Source: Gloeothece citriformis PCC 7424 (GTDB taxonomy: Bacteria; Cyanobacteriota; Cyanobacteriia; Cyanobacteriales; Microcystaceae). Taken from it: a DNA stretch of 64,000 nucleotides. Position numbers and translations under genes: made by a program. Positions 50,987 to 60,249 of this stretch are shown here, in pieces. Positions within the stretch are counted from its first letter, which is position 1; every line of letters begins with the position of its first letter. Under the pieces are notes generated by a model that had not been told where the DNA came from, ran no database searches, and saw only the letters and a program-made list of their open reading frames with translations. The stretch lies in assembly GCF_000021825.1 (NCBI RefSeq), contig NC_011729.1, positions 1,698,919 to 1,762,918 of the forward strand. The letters are read 5' to 3'.

Positions 50987-51824
50987 TTCTATACAATGGT
51001 ATCCAGGCCACATCGCCAAAGCCGAAAAAGAACTCAAAGAAAATCTTAAGCGAGTAGATGTAGTTTTAGAAGTTCTCGATGCTCGTATTCCTCTAGCTTC
51101 CCATCATCCTCAAGTGGGAGAATGGATAGGGACTAAACCTCGTATCTTAGTGCTGAACCGGGTTGATATGATCCCGGCTTCGGTGCAAAATCAATGGTTA
51201 AAATGGTTTAAAAGTCAAGGAGAAACCGCCTATTTTACCAATGCTAAACAAGGTCAAGGCATACAGGCTGTTAGTAAAGCCGCCCAAGCCGTAGGGGTGG
51301 AAATGAATCGTAAAAGGGGGGAACGGGGTTTATTACCTCGTCCGGTTCGGGCGGTGGTGATTGGCTTTCCTAATGTGGGAAAATCGGCTTTAATTAATCG
51401 ATTATTAGGCCGAAAAATTGTCGCTAGTGCCCGACGTGCCGGCGTGACTCGTCAACTCCGATGGGTACGCATTTCGGATGCCATAGAATTATTAGATGCT
51501 CCTGGGGTTATTCCTTCTAAATTAGAAGATCAAAATGATGCGATAAAGTTGGCTATTTGTGAAGATATTGGGGAAGCCGCTTATGATAATCAACGCATCG
51601 CCTCTAGTTTGATAGACTTATTAGTCAAGTTAGATTTTTTTTCGGTGTTAAAATCTCGTTATGGAGTTGATCCTTTAGAAGGAACTGGGGAAGACTATGT
51701 CTATAAATTAGCTCAAACTCGTTATCAAGAGGATAAAGAAAGGGCGGCTGTACAACTTTTAAATGATTTTCGCAAAGGATTTATGGGAGCTATTCCTTTA
51801 GAATTTCCTCCGACTAATCATTAA
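50979..51824 (+). CDS. rbgA: Ribosome biogenesis GTPase A (YlqF/RbgA)
   Basis: IQWYPGHIAKAEKEL start and a circularly permuted GTPase (NRVDMIP…GFPNVGKSALIN). Confidence 0.9.
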   Translation: MTNSIQWYPGHIAKAEKELKENLKRVDVVLEVLDARIPLASHHPQVGEWIGTKPRILVLNRVDMIPASVQNQWLKWFKSQGETAYFTNAKQGQGIQAVSKAAQAVGVEMNRKRGERGLLPRPVRAVVIGFPNVGKSALINRLLGRKIVASARRAGVTRQLRWVRISDAIELLDAPGVIPSKLEDQNDAIKLAICEDIGEAAYDNQRIASSLIDLLVKLDFFSVLKSRYGVDPLEGTGEDYVYKLAQTRYQEDKERAAVQLLNDFRKGFMGAIPLEFPPTNH

Positions 51825-52648
51825 GGGTTTAATACTTCATTAAGTACCGCTTCCACTTGTTCTAATCCACATCCTCCTTCCCCTTCAGCCCAATTTAAAA
51901 ATGCCGATACTCTTTGCCCCTGAGTGGTCATAGATGGGGGTATAATTCCTCTAGGGGGTGATAAGGTAAACATGATCATTTCTAACTGTTCTAACGGAAT
52001 TCCATTAAGCCCTTTCATTAACTGCATCCGAGTTTTAAATGAATTATTTTCTGCTGATTTTTTGGCCGGTTTAGGTTGATCTTGGGCTAATCTGGCTTCC
52101 ACTGCTTCTATAATTTCTTTAAAGTCGGATTGAAGATGTAAATTAGGAGTTAGAGTATTCATATTTTTCAGCAGATTAGTCAACTGAGCAATATTATTTC
52201 TAATCTCGGTGTAGAGATTAAGATCATCAGTAATGCCTTGTAAATTAGCCAGATTTCCTTGTTTCATCGCCGATTCAAGTTCACTGATTTGTTGTTCCCA
52301 ATGTTGAATATACTTTAAACGCCCTGTCGCCTGATAAATATTAGCATCTTCCAAAACAATCGGAAAAATGCGATCGTAGAAATCGCCGTGTTTAGCAATT
52401 TCCACCAATTCAAACATACAATTTTCGGATTTGAGATAGCGATCGCTAATAATAACCAGAATACACTTACCTTGTCCGATCTGCTCCATAAATTCCTTAA
52501 TCAGCCCTTTATAGCCTAAATTCGTCTTATCTCGGATAATGGTAATTCCCTGGTTCTGAAAAGCTTGTTCGAGTTGATTAGCGATTTTTTCGCTGTCGCC
52601 TCTCCAAGCGTAGGAAATAAAAACTTGAGGTGAACTATCTGTCTCCAT
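51821..52648 (-). CDS. TIR-domain protein with a C-terminal alpha-helical (effector-associated/death-like) domain
   Basis: N-terminal TIR (VFISYAWRGDSEKIANQLEQAFQNQGITIIRD…CILVIISDRYLKSENCMFELVEI). The C-terminal ~70 aa helical module is GIPLEQLEMIMFTLSPP…VSAFLNWAE…LEQVEAVLNEVL. Confidence 0.7.
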   Translation of the reverse strand: METDSSPQVFISYAWRGDSEKIANQLEQAFQNQGITIIRDKTNLGYKGLIKEFMEQIGQGKCILVIISDRYLKSENCMFELVEIAKHGDFYDRIFPIVLEDANIYQATGRLKYIQHWEQQISELESAMKQGNLANLQGITDDLNLYTEIRNNIAQLTNLLKNMNTLTPNLHLQSDFKEIIEAVEARLAQDQPKPAKKSAENNSFKTRMQLMKGLNGIPLEQLEMIMFTLSPPRGIIPPSMTTQGQRVSAFLNWAEGEGGCGLEQVEAVLNEVLNP

Positions 52649-52980
52649 CGTTAGCTGATTAATTGAATCTATGTTTCTATTTTGCCTAGTTTTCTCGGTC
52701 TGTCAAGCAGAAGAGACATTTAAATTAGGTATATTCTCTCTTGAAAATGAGATTAGATAAAAGTAAAAAGGTTAAAAAGGTTGAAACCCTTTACATTTTT
52801 AAATATCAAACATTGACTAGATTCTAATTGTCTAAAATGGACATAGCAGACTAGAATCTCTTAAACATAGTGATTAATATCACTGCTCTTATCTGTAGTC
52901 CAGATTATCTTAATAGTAAGGACAATCCCAAAAATAAAAATAGTTTTTCACTAGATAACAATGAACTAAGGAGAACCCCT

Positions 52981-53181
52981 ATGACTCTTGAAGAACAAAC
53001 TATCTATAAAATCCGTCAACTTCCCGATAATTTAATTAAACAAGTCCATGATTTTGTGGATTATCTTATAATTGAGGAAAATCATGATGATGAACTTGTG
53101 AATTTATGGGAGCAGTTTTCGACCCCTTCAGACAATATAGAAATCGAAATTTCTGATTTTTTTCTGACTGATGAACAATAA
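52981..53181 (+). CDS. DUF2281-like antitoxin-type small protein (alternative longer ORF from 52870)
   Basis: MTLEEQTIYKIRQLPDNLIKQVHDFVDYL matches the DUF2281 antitoxin pattern. An AGGAGA ribosome-binding site lies 7 nt upstream of this ATG. Confidence 0.45.
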   Translation: MTLEEQTIYKIRQLPDNLIKQVHDFVDYLIIEENHDDELVNLWEQFSTPSDNIEIEISDFFLTDEQ

Positions 53182-53292
53182 TTACCTCTCATTAATCATA
53201 AGTACCTGGACTTCCATCTTTGTGAACTGTGAAATTAGGCAACAGGGAAGGATTGGGATCATTTTACCATTCTTCACATAGCCCTTTTTTAT

Positions 53293-53793
53293 TTATGTCC
53301 GACTACTTATTTCTCCGTTAAATTCCTGGATAATAAAGGAATAATTAGAGGCTATTTGGACAGAATAAAGAGCATCAAATCCTTCTTTGTATGAAGGAAT
53401 GATTAACTTTTTATAGGTAGACAACAATCCGGCTAAGGGAACAATTTGTTTAGCTGAACGTTGTTGATTAAGTCTTTTAGAAGCTTCTAAATTAGGGGTA
53501 AAATAGTAACCAACTATCTGAAAATTATGGGCTTTAGCGGGTAAAATATAACGTTGTCTATCTTCCAGGGTAGGATTAGTATTATCGATGACAAAACGTT
53601 GTTTAGCCTCTAAGCAAGCTTGAACGAGAATTTTTTCTCGATGTCTAGTTTTGAGCATATCTAAATTAATACGAATATGACTATTAAAAAAATATTCCCG
53701 GTAAAAAGTGGATTTACCAGACGCTTGAATTCCCATAAAAATTACAACTTCCATAATCAATATAATCAATAATGGATAATGATAGAATATCAA
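53293..53793 (-). CDS. P-loop kinase of the polynucleotide-kinase / AAA_33 type
   Basis: Walker A GIQASGKSTF and the PNK-kinase VIDNTNP motif. The real start is probably the internal Met (MEVVIFMG). Confidence 0.6.
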   Translation of the reverse strand: MIFYHYPLLIILIMEVVIFMGIQASGKSTFYREYFFNSHIRINLDMLKTRHREKILVQACLEAKQRFVIDNTNPTLEDRQRYILPAKAHNFQIVGYYFTPNLEASKRLNQQRSAKQIVPLAGLLSTYKKLIIPSYKEGFDALYSVQIASNYSFIIQEFNGEISSRT

Positions 53794-53870
53794 TAATAAA
53801 TTTTTAGCAGAAGTAAGTCAGTCATTCAAAATCAGATAAATTTATAATTTATGTACTAAAATTTATTTTA

Positions 53871-53936
53871 ATGTGATTTGGGCAAGAGGTATAATAAATC
53901 ATTATCAATTATCAATTATCAATTATCAATTATTTA
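53871..53936. repeat. Family-7-like box plus (CAATTAT)n heptamer array abutting the downstream start codon
   Basis: tgtgatttgggcaagaggtataat … caattatcaattatcaattatcaattatttaatg. Confidence 0.6.
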
Positions 53937-54530
53937 ATGATGTCTGACTCCTTAGCGCCTTGGCGTGTTGCCTTATCTCGCGCCTTACATCTCAACCGCA
54001 GTCAACCCTATTCCCGTTACTTTCAACTGGCGACGATTACCCCAGAAGGATTCCCGAAAAATCGGACAGTTGTCTTTAGAGGATATTTAGACAATACCAA
54101 TCAGATTAAAATTGTAACCGATTTACGCAGTGAAAAAGTTAACCAGATTAATTATCAACCTTGGGGAGAAATTTGCTGGTATTTTACAAAAACAAGAGAA
54201 CAATTTCGTCTATCTGGACGATTAACTTTAATCACCCCTAATTATCCCGATTCTACTTTACAAAAAGAACGACAGTTAGCTTGGCAACAATTATCTGATT
54301 CAGCGAGATTACAATTTACTTGGCCAGAACCCGGACAACTGAGAATAGAAGATAATTCGGCGTTTTCTGCGGCTTCACCTGCTCCTGAACACCCTTTAGA
54401 GCATTTTTGTTTATTATTACTCGATCCTGAAAAAGTCGATCATTTAGAATTACGAGGAAATCCTCAAAACCGATGTCAGTATTATTTAGATGAGTCTAAA
54501 AACTGGATAGCACAATCTATTAATCCATAA
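53937..54530 (+). CDS. Pyridoxamine 5'-phosphate oxidase-like FMN-binding protein
   Basis: PPOX-class split-barrel pattern (RYFQLATI…RTVVFRGY…ICWYF). Confidence 0.7.
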   Translation: MMSDSLAPWRVALSRALHLNRSQPYSRYFQLATITPEGFPKNRTVVFRGYLDNTNQIKIVTDLRSEKVNQINYQPWGEICWYFTKTREQFRLSGRLTLITPNYPDSTLQKERQLAWQQLSDSARLQFTWPEPGQLRIEDNSAFSAASPAPEHPLEHFCLLLLDPEKVDHLELRGNPQNRCQYYLDESKNWIAQSINP

Positions 54531-54658
54531 CAGAAACATCTATTTTAAAATGTTAGACAACTGGCAAAAGAAAATAAACTTAAAGTATTTTTCAGGAATG
54601 GAGAAAAAGTTATATAATACTTTATTGCTGCTTATGTATCCGTCAAGATAATCAACAA

Positions 54659-55693
54659 ATGCACAAAATCCCCGTTACTATTATTACTGGTTTTTTAGGC
54701 GCTGGTAAAACGACTCTCGTCCGCCACTTACTGCAAAATAATCAAGGTCGACGCATCGCCGTTTTAGTCAATGAATTCGGAGAAATGGGAATTGATGGGG
54801 ACTTATTACGAGGATGTCAAATCTGTGATGAAGACGAAAATCCCCAAGATAATATTGTAGAACTGACTAACGGTTGTTTGTGCTGTACGGTGCAAGAAGA
54901 ATTTTTTCCTACGATGCAGCAATTATTAGAAAGACGAGAGCAAATAGATTGTATGCTCATTGAAACCTCTGGTTTAGCGCTTCCTAAACCTTTAGTGCAA
55001 GCTTTTCGTTGGCCAGAAATTCGCAACGGTGCAACGGTGGATGGTGTGGTGACGGTGGTAGACTCTCAAGGGTTAGCGACAGGGACTATAGTAGGAGATT
55101 TAGAGGCGTTAGAAACTCAACGACAAGCTGATCCTAACCTGGAACATGAAACCCCCATCGAGGAATTATTTGAAGATCAATTAGCTTGTGCGGATCTAGT
55201 TTTATTAACGAAAACTGACTTAATTGATGAATCAACCTTAACGAGAATTAAAGCGAGATTAGAGCAACAATTAAGACCCGGTGTGAAAATTATTTCTTGT
55301 CACAACGGAGAAATTAATGCTGACATTTTGTTAGGATTTAATGCGGCGGTAGAAGATGATTTAAATAGTCGCCCCTCTCACCACGATCATGAGGAAGATC
55401 ATGACCATGATGATGATATTAACTCAGTCCAAGTCATTATTGATGAGGCAATTGATCCTAAAACTTTGATTGAAAAACTCAAAATCTTGGTGACTGAAGC
55501 GGAAATTTACCGTATAAAAGGGTTTGTTCATGTTCCTCATAAACCCATGCGGATGGTACTTCAAGGAGTCGGCGATCGCTTTGATTCTTTTTATGATCGT
55601 CTTTGGCAAGATTCGGAATTAAAACAAACTAAATTAGTCATCATTGGTCGTTCTCTCAATTCAGATAAAATAAGAGCGAGTCTGAAGAATTAA
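54659..55693 (+). CDS. COG0523-family GTPase (CobW/ZigA-like metallochaperone) with a His/Asp-rich insert
   Basis: ITGFLGAGKTTLV P-loop, a CxCC metal motif (GCLCCTV), and an SHHDHEEDHDHDDD stretch. Confidence 0.85.
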   Translation: MHKIPVTIITGFLGAGKTTLVRHLLQNNQGRRIAVLVNEFGEMGIDGDLLRGCQICDEDENPQDNIVELTNGCLCCTVQEEFFPTMQQLLERREQIDCMLIETSGLALPKPLVQAFRWPEIRNGATVDGVVTVVDSQGLATGTIVGDLEALETQRQADPNLEHETPIEELFEDQLACADLVLLTKTDLIDESTLTRIKARLEQQLRPGVKIISCHNGEINADILLGFNAAVEDDLNSRPSHHDHEEDHDHDDDINSVQVIIDEAIDPKTLIEKLKILVTEAEIYRIKGFVHVPHKPMRMVLQGVGDRFDSFYDRLWQDSELKQTKLVIIGRSLNSDKIRASLKN

Positions 55694-55875
55694 ACTTTAA
55701 TTAAATCTAATCATTATTTATTAATCTATTCTTAACTTTAGAGGTAATATTGACCTTAATTTCTTAACCGATATTACCTTTTTTGTCAAGAATGTAAATA
55801 TTTAAGATAAATCTCTTGGCTGATAAAATAGAAAAGATTAATATAGCTGAAAACCTATGATCCACAGCTAGAAAA

Positions 55876-56733
55876 ATGAAAAAATCTATTAAGGTTTTGA
55901 GAGGAATAATCTGTCTAGCGATTTGTTTTACATTAGCGAGTTGTACCTATGCTTTACCGATGAAAGCTGCTCCTTTAACCGTAATGAGTTATAACGTTGA
56001 ATCCGATGATATTAATGATACTAATCCGAGGTTAGTTGCTGAAGATATTGAAAGAATTAGAAGCAATATGCCCATTGATATTTGGGGACTTTCGGAAGTA
56101 TTAAATCAAGAGGCGGCGGACATTTTTACCGATGCTATTTCATCCCCTGATACGGAATATCGTTCTATTTTAGGCACAACCGGAGGAGCAGATCAACTGC
56201 AAATTGTTTATAATCCAGAGACGGTAAGATTAATTGATACTCAAGAATTAAGGAATTCTGGCGGAACTCGCGCCCCTTTAGTTGCTCACTTTGAATTACT
56301 GGGTAATGGTCGAGAATTTTTATTTACTGTTAATCATTTTAACCGAGGAGATGAAGACAGAAGAAATCAACAAGCTCGTTTTTTAAGAGAGTGGGGGGCA
56401 GAACAAACTTTACCGATTGTTGCGGTTGGGGATTATAATTTTGATTATGACCCTCAAACACAATCAGGTAATGAAGCTTTTGATATTTTTTTAGAGGACG
56501 ATACTTTTATTTGGATTAGACCTGAGTGTTTAGCTGATAATTCTTGTCCTCCTACAGGAACTCAATGTAACCCAACCTATAACAGTATTCTTGATTTTGT
56601 CTTTGTCTCAGAACGCGCTACTCAATGGGATAATATATCTGATATTCTCTTAATCGATGAGCCGGTTTGTGAAAAAGAAAGTAGGGGTTATTCGGATCAT
56701 CGCCCGGTTGTTGCTTCTTTTGATGTTTATTAA
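55876..56733 (+). CDS. Endonuclease/exonuclease/phosphatase (EEP) family lipoprotein
   Basis: Lipobox LASC. The C-terminal SDHRPV is the EEP catalytic His motif. Confidence 0.8.
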   Translation: MKKSIKVLRGIICLAICFTLASCTYALPMKAAPLTVMSYNVESDDINDTNPRLVAEDIERIRSNMPIDIWGLSEVLNQEAADIFTDAISSPDTEYRSILGTTGGADQLQIVYNPETVRLIDTQELRNSGGTRAPLVAHFELLGNGREFLFTVNHFNRGDEDRRNQQARFLREWGAEQTLPIVAVGDYNFDYDPQTQSGNEAFDIFLEDDTFIWIRPECLADNSCPPTGTQCNPTYNSILDFVFVSERATQWDNISDILLIDEPVCEKESRGYSDHRPVVASFDVY

Positions 56734-56931
56734 GTTAAAAATATATTCGGACTCAGTATACATTGCCTGAGTCCGGGATTTAGTATATACCAGCAGTTTT
56801 ATAAGTGTTATTTGCTGGCGTTTTTAATCTATATTTATATCTTCATCGTTCCATCGTCTCATTCCGGATTTTTAGAAAAAAATTTTTGCCGTCTCAATTG
56901 ATGGGTTTAGGACTTACGCAGTAACACTAAT

Positions 56932-57000
56932 TGTAGGGTGGGATCACCCACCTTAACCCCAGGATTAGAGCTTGTTCTTGTCTTCGTGCGTAACTCCTAG
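56932..57000. repeat. Family-2 hairpin plus conserved tail, second long copy
   Basis: tgtagggtgggatcacccaccttaaccccaggattagagcttgttcttgtcttcgtgcgtaactcctag. Confidence 0.75.
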
Positions 57001-57006
57001 GGTTGA

Positions 57007-59211
57007 TCATTGAGCAATGATCATTTGTTGGTCATCTCTAACCATAGTCTTTTGAAACTGTCCTTTAGGAGTCCATTGAATAGCGCCGTCTCGTCCTGTC
57101 CAATAGAACTTAATCCCCTGTTTCTGTAACACTCGTCGAGTTTTTGCCTCCACCCCAGAAGAAACCGCGATCGCCACTTGAGGGTTAATCATTTCTATCC
57201 ATTGAAAATCTAACCCTTTACCTGTCCACAATACCACATTACCCGACTCAATCAACTGAGTCTCAGGGGGTTTAGAAGCTTGCGTCAACCAAACCCATCT
57301 TTGATCGCCAATAGTAATCTGTAAAATAGGAGGAGTAACCTTTAAATATTCAATTTTTACCTCATTTAAAGATATTCTAGGACTAGATGACAACTGCTGG
57401 GAATTTAAAAAATGTTTAACCGGTAAATAAGTCTCAAGAGTTGAGGTTTGATGGTCAAAAGCAATGTCATAATCAACTTGATTCACACCCTGATAAGTTA
57501 AAAAAGGAAGTAAACTATATTTTTGATAATTTTCATTTCCCCCATCAATCACCAGAACTTTTCCCCGGTCTTGCACCACCAGAGAAAGATTAGGTTTAGT
57601 GTCCAAAACAGTTATCTGAATTAAACTTAAACGAGTCAAAATAATAGGAACAACCACCACCGTCACTAAAAATAAACTGATCCCTTGCCAATGTTTTTGA
57701 CACCATTGATTTAACCATATTGCCAACAAAACCCCATAAATTAACCCCATCATTCCCACCGGTAATTTACCCACCGCATAAGAACTTCCGGGTAAATGAA
57801 CGACAAAAGACGCAATAGCAATTAACATCTGAGTTGGATAATCCAAGACCCAAGCGATCGCACTCCCTCCTAAGGGAAATAATAAGGCCACACCCGCGCT
57901 GATCATCCCGCCTAAACTAATCAGCATCACCAAAGGAGCAGTGATAATATTACAAGGAATACTATAAGTGGCTACTGTACTAAAAGTGTGCATTAATAAA
58001 GGCAAAGTCCAGATAGAAGCAGCGATAGGAATAGTAATAATAAAAGTGATCAAAGGAGGTAGCCAATCTAATTTTTTTTCTAACCAAGGAGCAGTAACAA
58101 TTAAGCCAAAAGTCGATAAAAAGCTCAACTGAAACCCTAAATCCCAGATCCACATCGGGTAAAATAAGAGTAATAAAGTGGCGGTCAATAAGAGAGAACC
58201 CAACCCATTGACTTGCCGGTTTAAGACCAGTCCAATTAACCCCCCAAACCCCATTAAAACAGCCCGAATAACTGAGGGTTGTATGCCCGTTAATCCCACA
58301 TAAAAAATTAAAACTCCAACACCAATGATTAATGAATGTTGACTCGATAACCGGCGCGTTACCCTGATAATAACTCCCAATAATAAAGCCACTTGAAACC
58401 CAGAAGCGGCTAAAATATGAGCTAATCCCGCCCTGATAAAAAGGCTGTTAATCTCTTCGGGTAAATCTACTCCTTTTCGTCCTATAGAGATGGAACTGAT
58501 CAAAGAATCAACAGGACTATTTAACCAACGACCGACAGATGTAATAATCCGTTTTCTAATACGCCAAAATCCCCAAGGAGGTTGTCCTTCTGCGATGACT
58601 TTTTCTCCTTTTAATCCGGCAAAAATTCCTTGACGAGCCAAATAAGTTTTAAAATTAAAAGCCCCAGGAGTAGAAGGAGAAATCGGTTTATATAAAACTC
58701 CTTTCACGGTTAAAGGTTGCCCAAAATAGTATTTTTTATTGGGAATTTGAGGAAGAGTAATATATAATTTACCGGTTACTTTTTCTGGGGAATTAGGTTG
58801 AGTTTTAGTCAAGATTTCAACGGTATTCACTTGAAACGTTAAAGATAACCGTCCACTAGAATTAAGTCTGCTTTCTCCTAAAACTTTTCCCTCAATGAGT
58901 ACCGTTTGAGTGGGAGAATTTTTGAGTATTGTAGAGATATCATGGGGTTTAGGAGAGGGAACACGCCATTGAAAATAAACGACAGCTAAAAAGGCAACCA
59001 AAGCGGTTATGAGCCAAAATTTGCCTTTAGGTGCAGTACGCCAAACTTTAGGGACAATGATCCCTAACCCTAAACTAACACCACTAATTGCAACTGTAAC
59101 TATTCCCCACTGTAATCCCGTAGGATTAAGGTGAGAAAAATCTAATATCCCCGTAAACAATAATCCCACACAATAGGATAAACAGATTATTGTTAGGCGA
59201 TCGCGGTTCAT
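57007..59211 (-). CDS. comEC: DNA internalisation competence protein ComEC/Rec2
   Basis: Multi-TM competence domain (LAHILAASGFQVALL) and a C-terminal metallo-beta-lactamase-like region. Confidence 0.85.
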   Translation of the reverse strand: MNRDRLTIICLSYCVGLLFTGILDFSHLNPTGLQWGIVTVAISGVSLGLGIIVPKVWRTAPKGKFWLITALVAFLAVVYFQWRVPSPKPHDISTILKNSPTQTVLIEGKVLGESRLNSSGRLSLTFQVNTVEILTKTQPNSPEKVTGKLYITLPQIPNKKYYFGQPLTVKGVLYKPISPSTPGAFNFKTYLARQGIFAGLKGEKVIAEGQPPWGFWRIRKRIITSVGRWLNSPVDSLISSISIGRKGVDLPEEINSLFIRAGLAHILAASGFQVALLLGVIIRVTRRLSSQHSLIIGVGVLIFYVGLTGIQPSVIRAVLMGFGGLIGLVLNRQVNGLGSLLLTATLLLLFYPMWIWDLGFQLSFLSTFGLIVTAPWLEKKLDWLPPLITFIITIPIAASIWTLPLLMHTFSTVATYSIPCNIITAPLVMLISLGGMISAGVALLFPLGGSAIAWVLDYPTQMLIAIASFVVHLPGSSYAVGKLPVGMMGLIYGVLLAIWLNQWCQKHWQGISLFLVTVVVVPIILTRLSLIQITVLDTKPNLSLVVQDRGKVLVIDGGNENYQKYSLLPFLTYQGVNQVDYDIAFDHQTSTLETYLPVKHFLNSQQLSSSPRISLNEVKIEYLKVTPPILQITIGDQRWVWLTQASKPPETQLIESGNVVLWTGKGLDFQWIEMINPQVAIAVSSGVEAKTRRVLQKQGIKFYWTGRDGAIQWTPKGQFQKTMVRDDQQMIIAQ

Positions 59212-59321
59212 GATTTTGCTTTTTCCTTTTCATAAAGTAACCCCCTTGATATAAAGGGGGATAGGGGGATCTCAAGGGGAGACTAGAGGAGATCCTATAT
59301 AAAGTTTAATTTTACCATGAT

Positions 59322-59807
59322 TTATATTGAAAGTCCTAGTTTTAAGCCGAATATTCCATGAACTAACAGTAAAATTGCTATTGCTAGTCCTAAATAAGCA
59401 TGAATACCTCTTAAGAGTTCTTTTTGTTGACTATCAAACCCAGTGGCAGCGATCGCCCCATTACTCGCTAATAAAAAGAGTACCGCCCCGGCTGTCCAAA
59501 AATGAGGACTTTCGGTGATGGGTTTTTGCTGCATCACTAAGGAGAGTACCCCGCCGACAGAACCTAACGCTAAAAAGATGAACACCCAAGGCATTAATTG
59601 ACGGTGCATTCCTAAATTTTTCGCGCGAACCTCTGTATCCGAGGAGAGTCTTCCTCGCCATCCTGCATAGACAGCATACCCTCCCATAACTAAAATAACC
59701 GTTGCCATCATCACCGGATGTCCCCAGTGGGTAATGGGTTCAGGGATATTTAAACTGCGAAACCAAGCGGCGATCGGTTCTAGTTGTTGACTTAGATTTT
59801 CTGCCAT
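59322..59807 (-). CDS. DUF4079-family membrane protein
   Basis: Four TM helices. His-containing helices resemble cyanobacterial/plant DUF4079. Confidence 0.55.
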   Translation of the reverse strand: MAENLSQQLEPIAAWFRSLNIPEPITHWGHPVMMATVILVMGGYAVYAGWRGRLSSDTEVRAKNLGMHRQLMPWVFIFLALGSVGGVLSLVMQQKPITESPHFWTAGAVLFLLASNGAIAATGFDSQQKELLRGIHAYLGLAIAILLLVHGIFGLKLGLSI

Positions 59808-59911
59808 AACCTTAACTTTTTTATATTTCTTTAATAATTGTAATCGACCTTGACCGAGGTCTGTTACATTTTGCCGTTTGTGGGGGAATGATTAGAATAG
59901 ATGATCTATAA

Positions 59912-59962
59912 CTGTAGGGTGGGCACTGCCCACCTTTTTAGTTAACACTTAACAGTTAACAG
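59912..59962. repeat. Family-2 hairpin followed by (AACAGTT)n array
   Basis: ctgtagggtgggcactgcccacc … cacttaacagttaacagttattaag. Confidence 0.7.
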
Positions 59963-60249
59963 TTATTAAGTAGGTGGACAAAAATCATGTTATACCAATT
60001 TGCGCTCATTTAGGCTACAAATCATTTTTTTAAGTACCTAGACTTTCATCTTTGTTAAGTGTGTGAAGAGTGAACAGGCAACAGGCAATAGAGGCAACAG
60101 GGAAGACACTCCCCCCTCTCCCCACCCTCCCTTTCTTAAGATGTGATTAAAATTAATTAAACTTTCTGTAATTTAAGAGAACTTTATAAAATCCTCAGAT
60201 TTGTTTGATATTTAACTATTAAACCTTAAGTTTAAAGCCATTAAAAATC

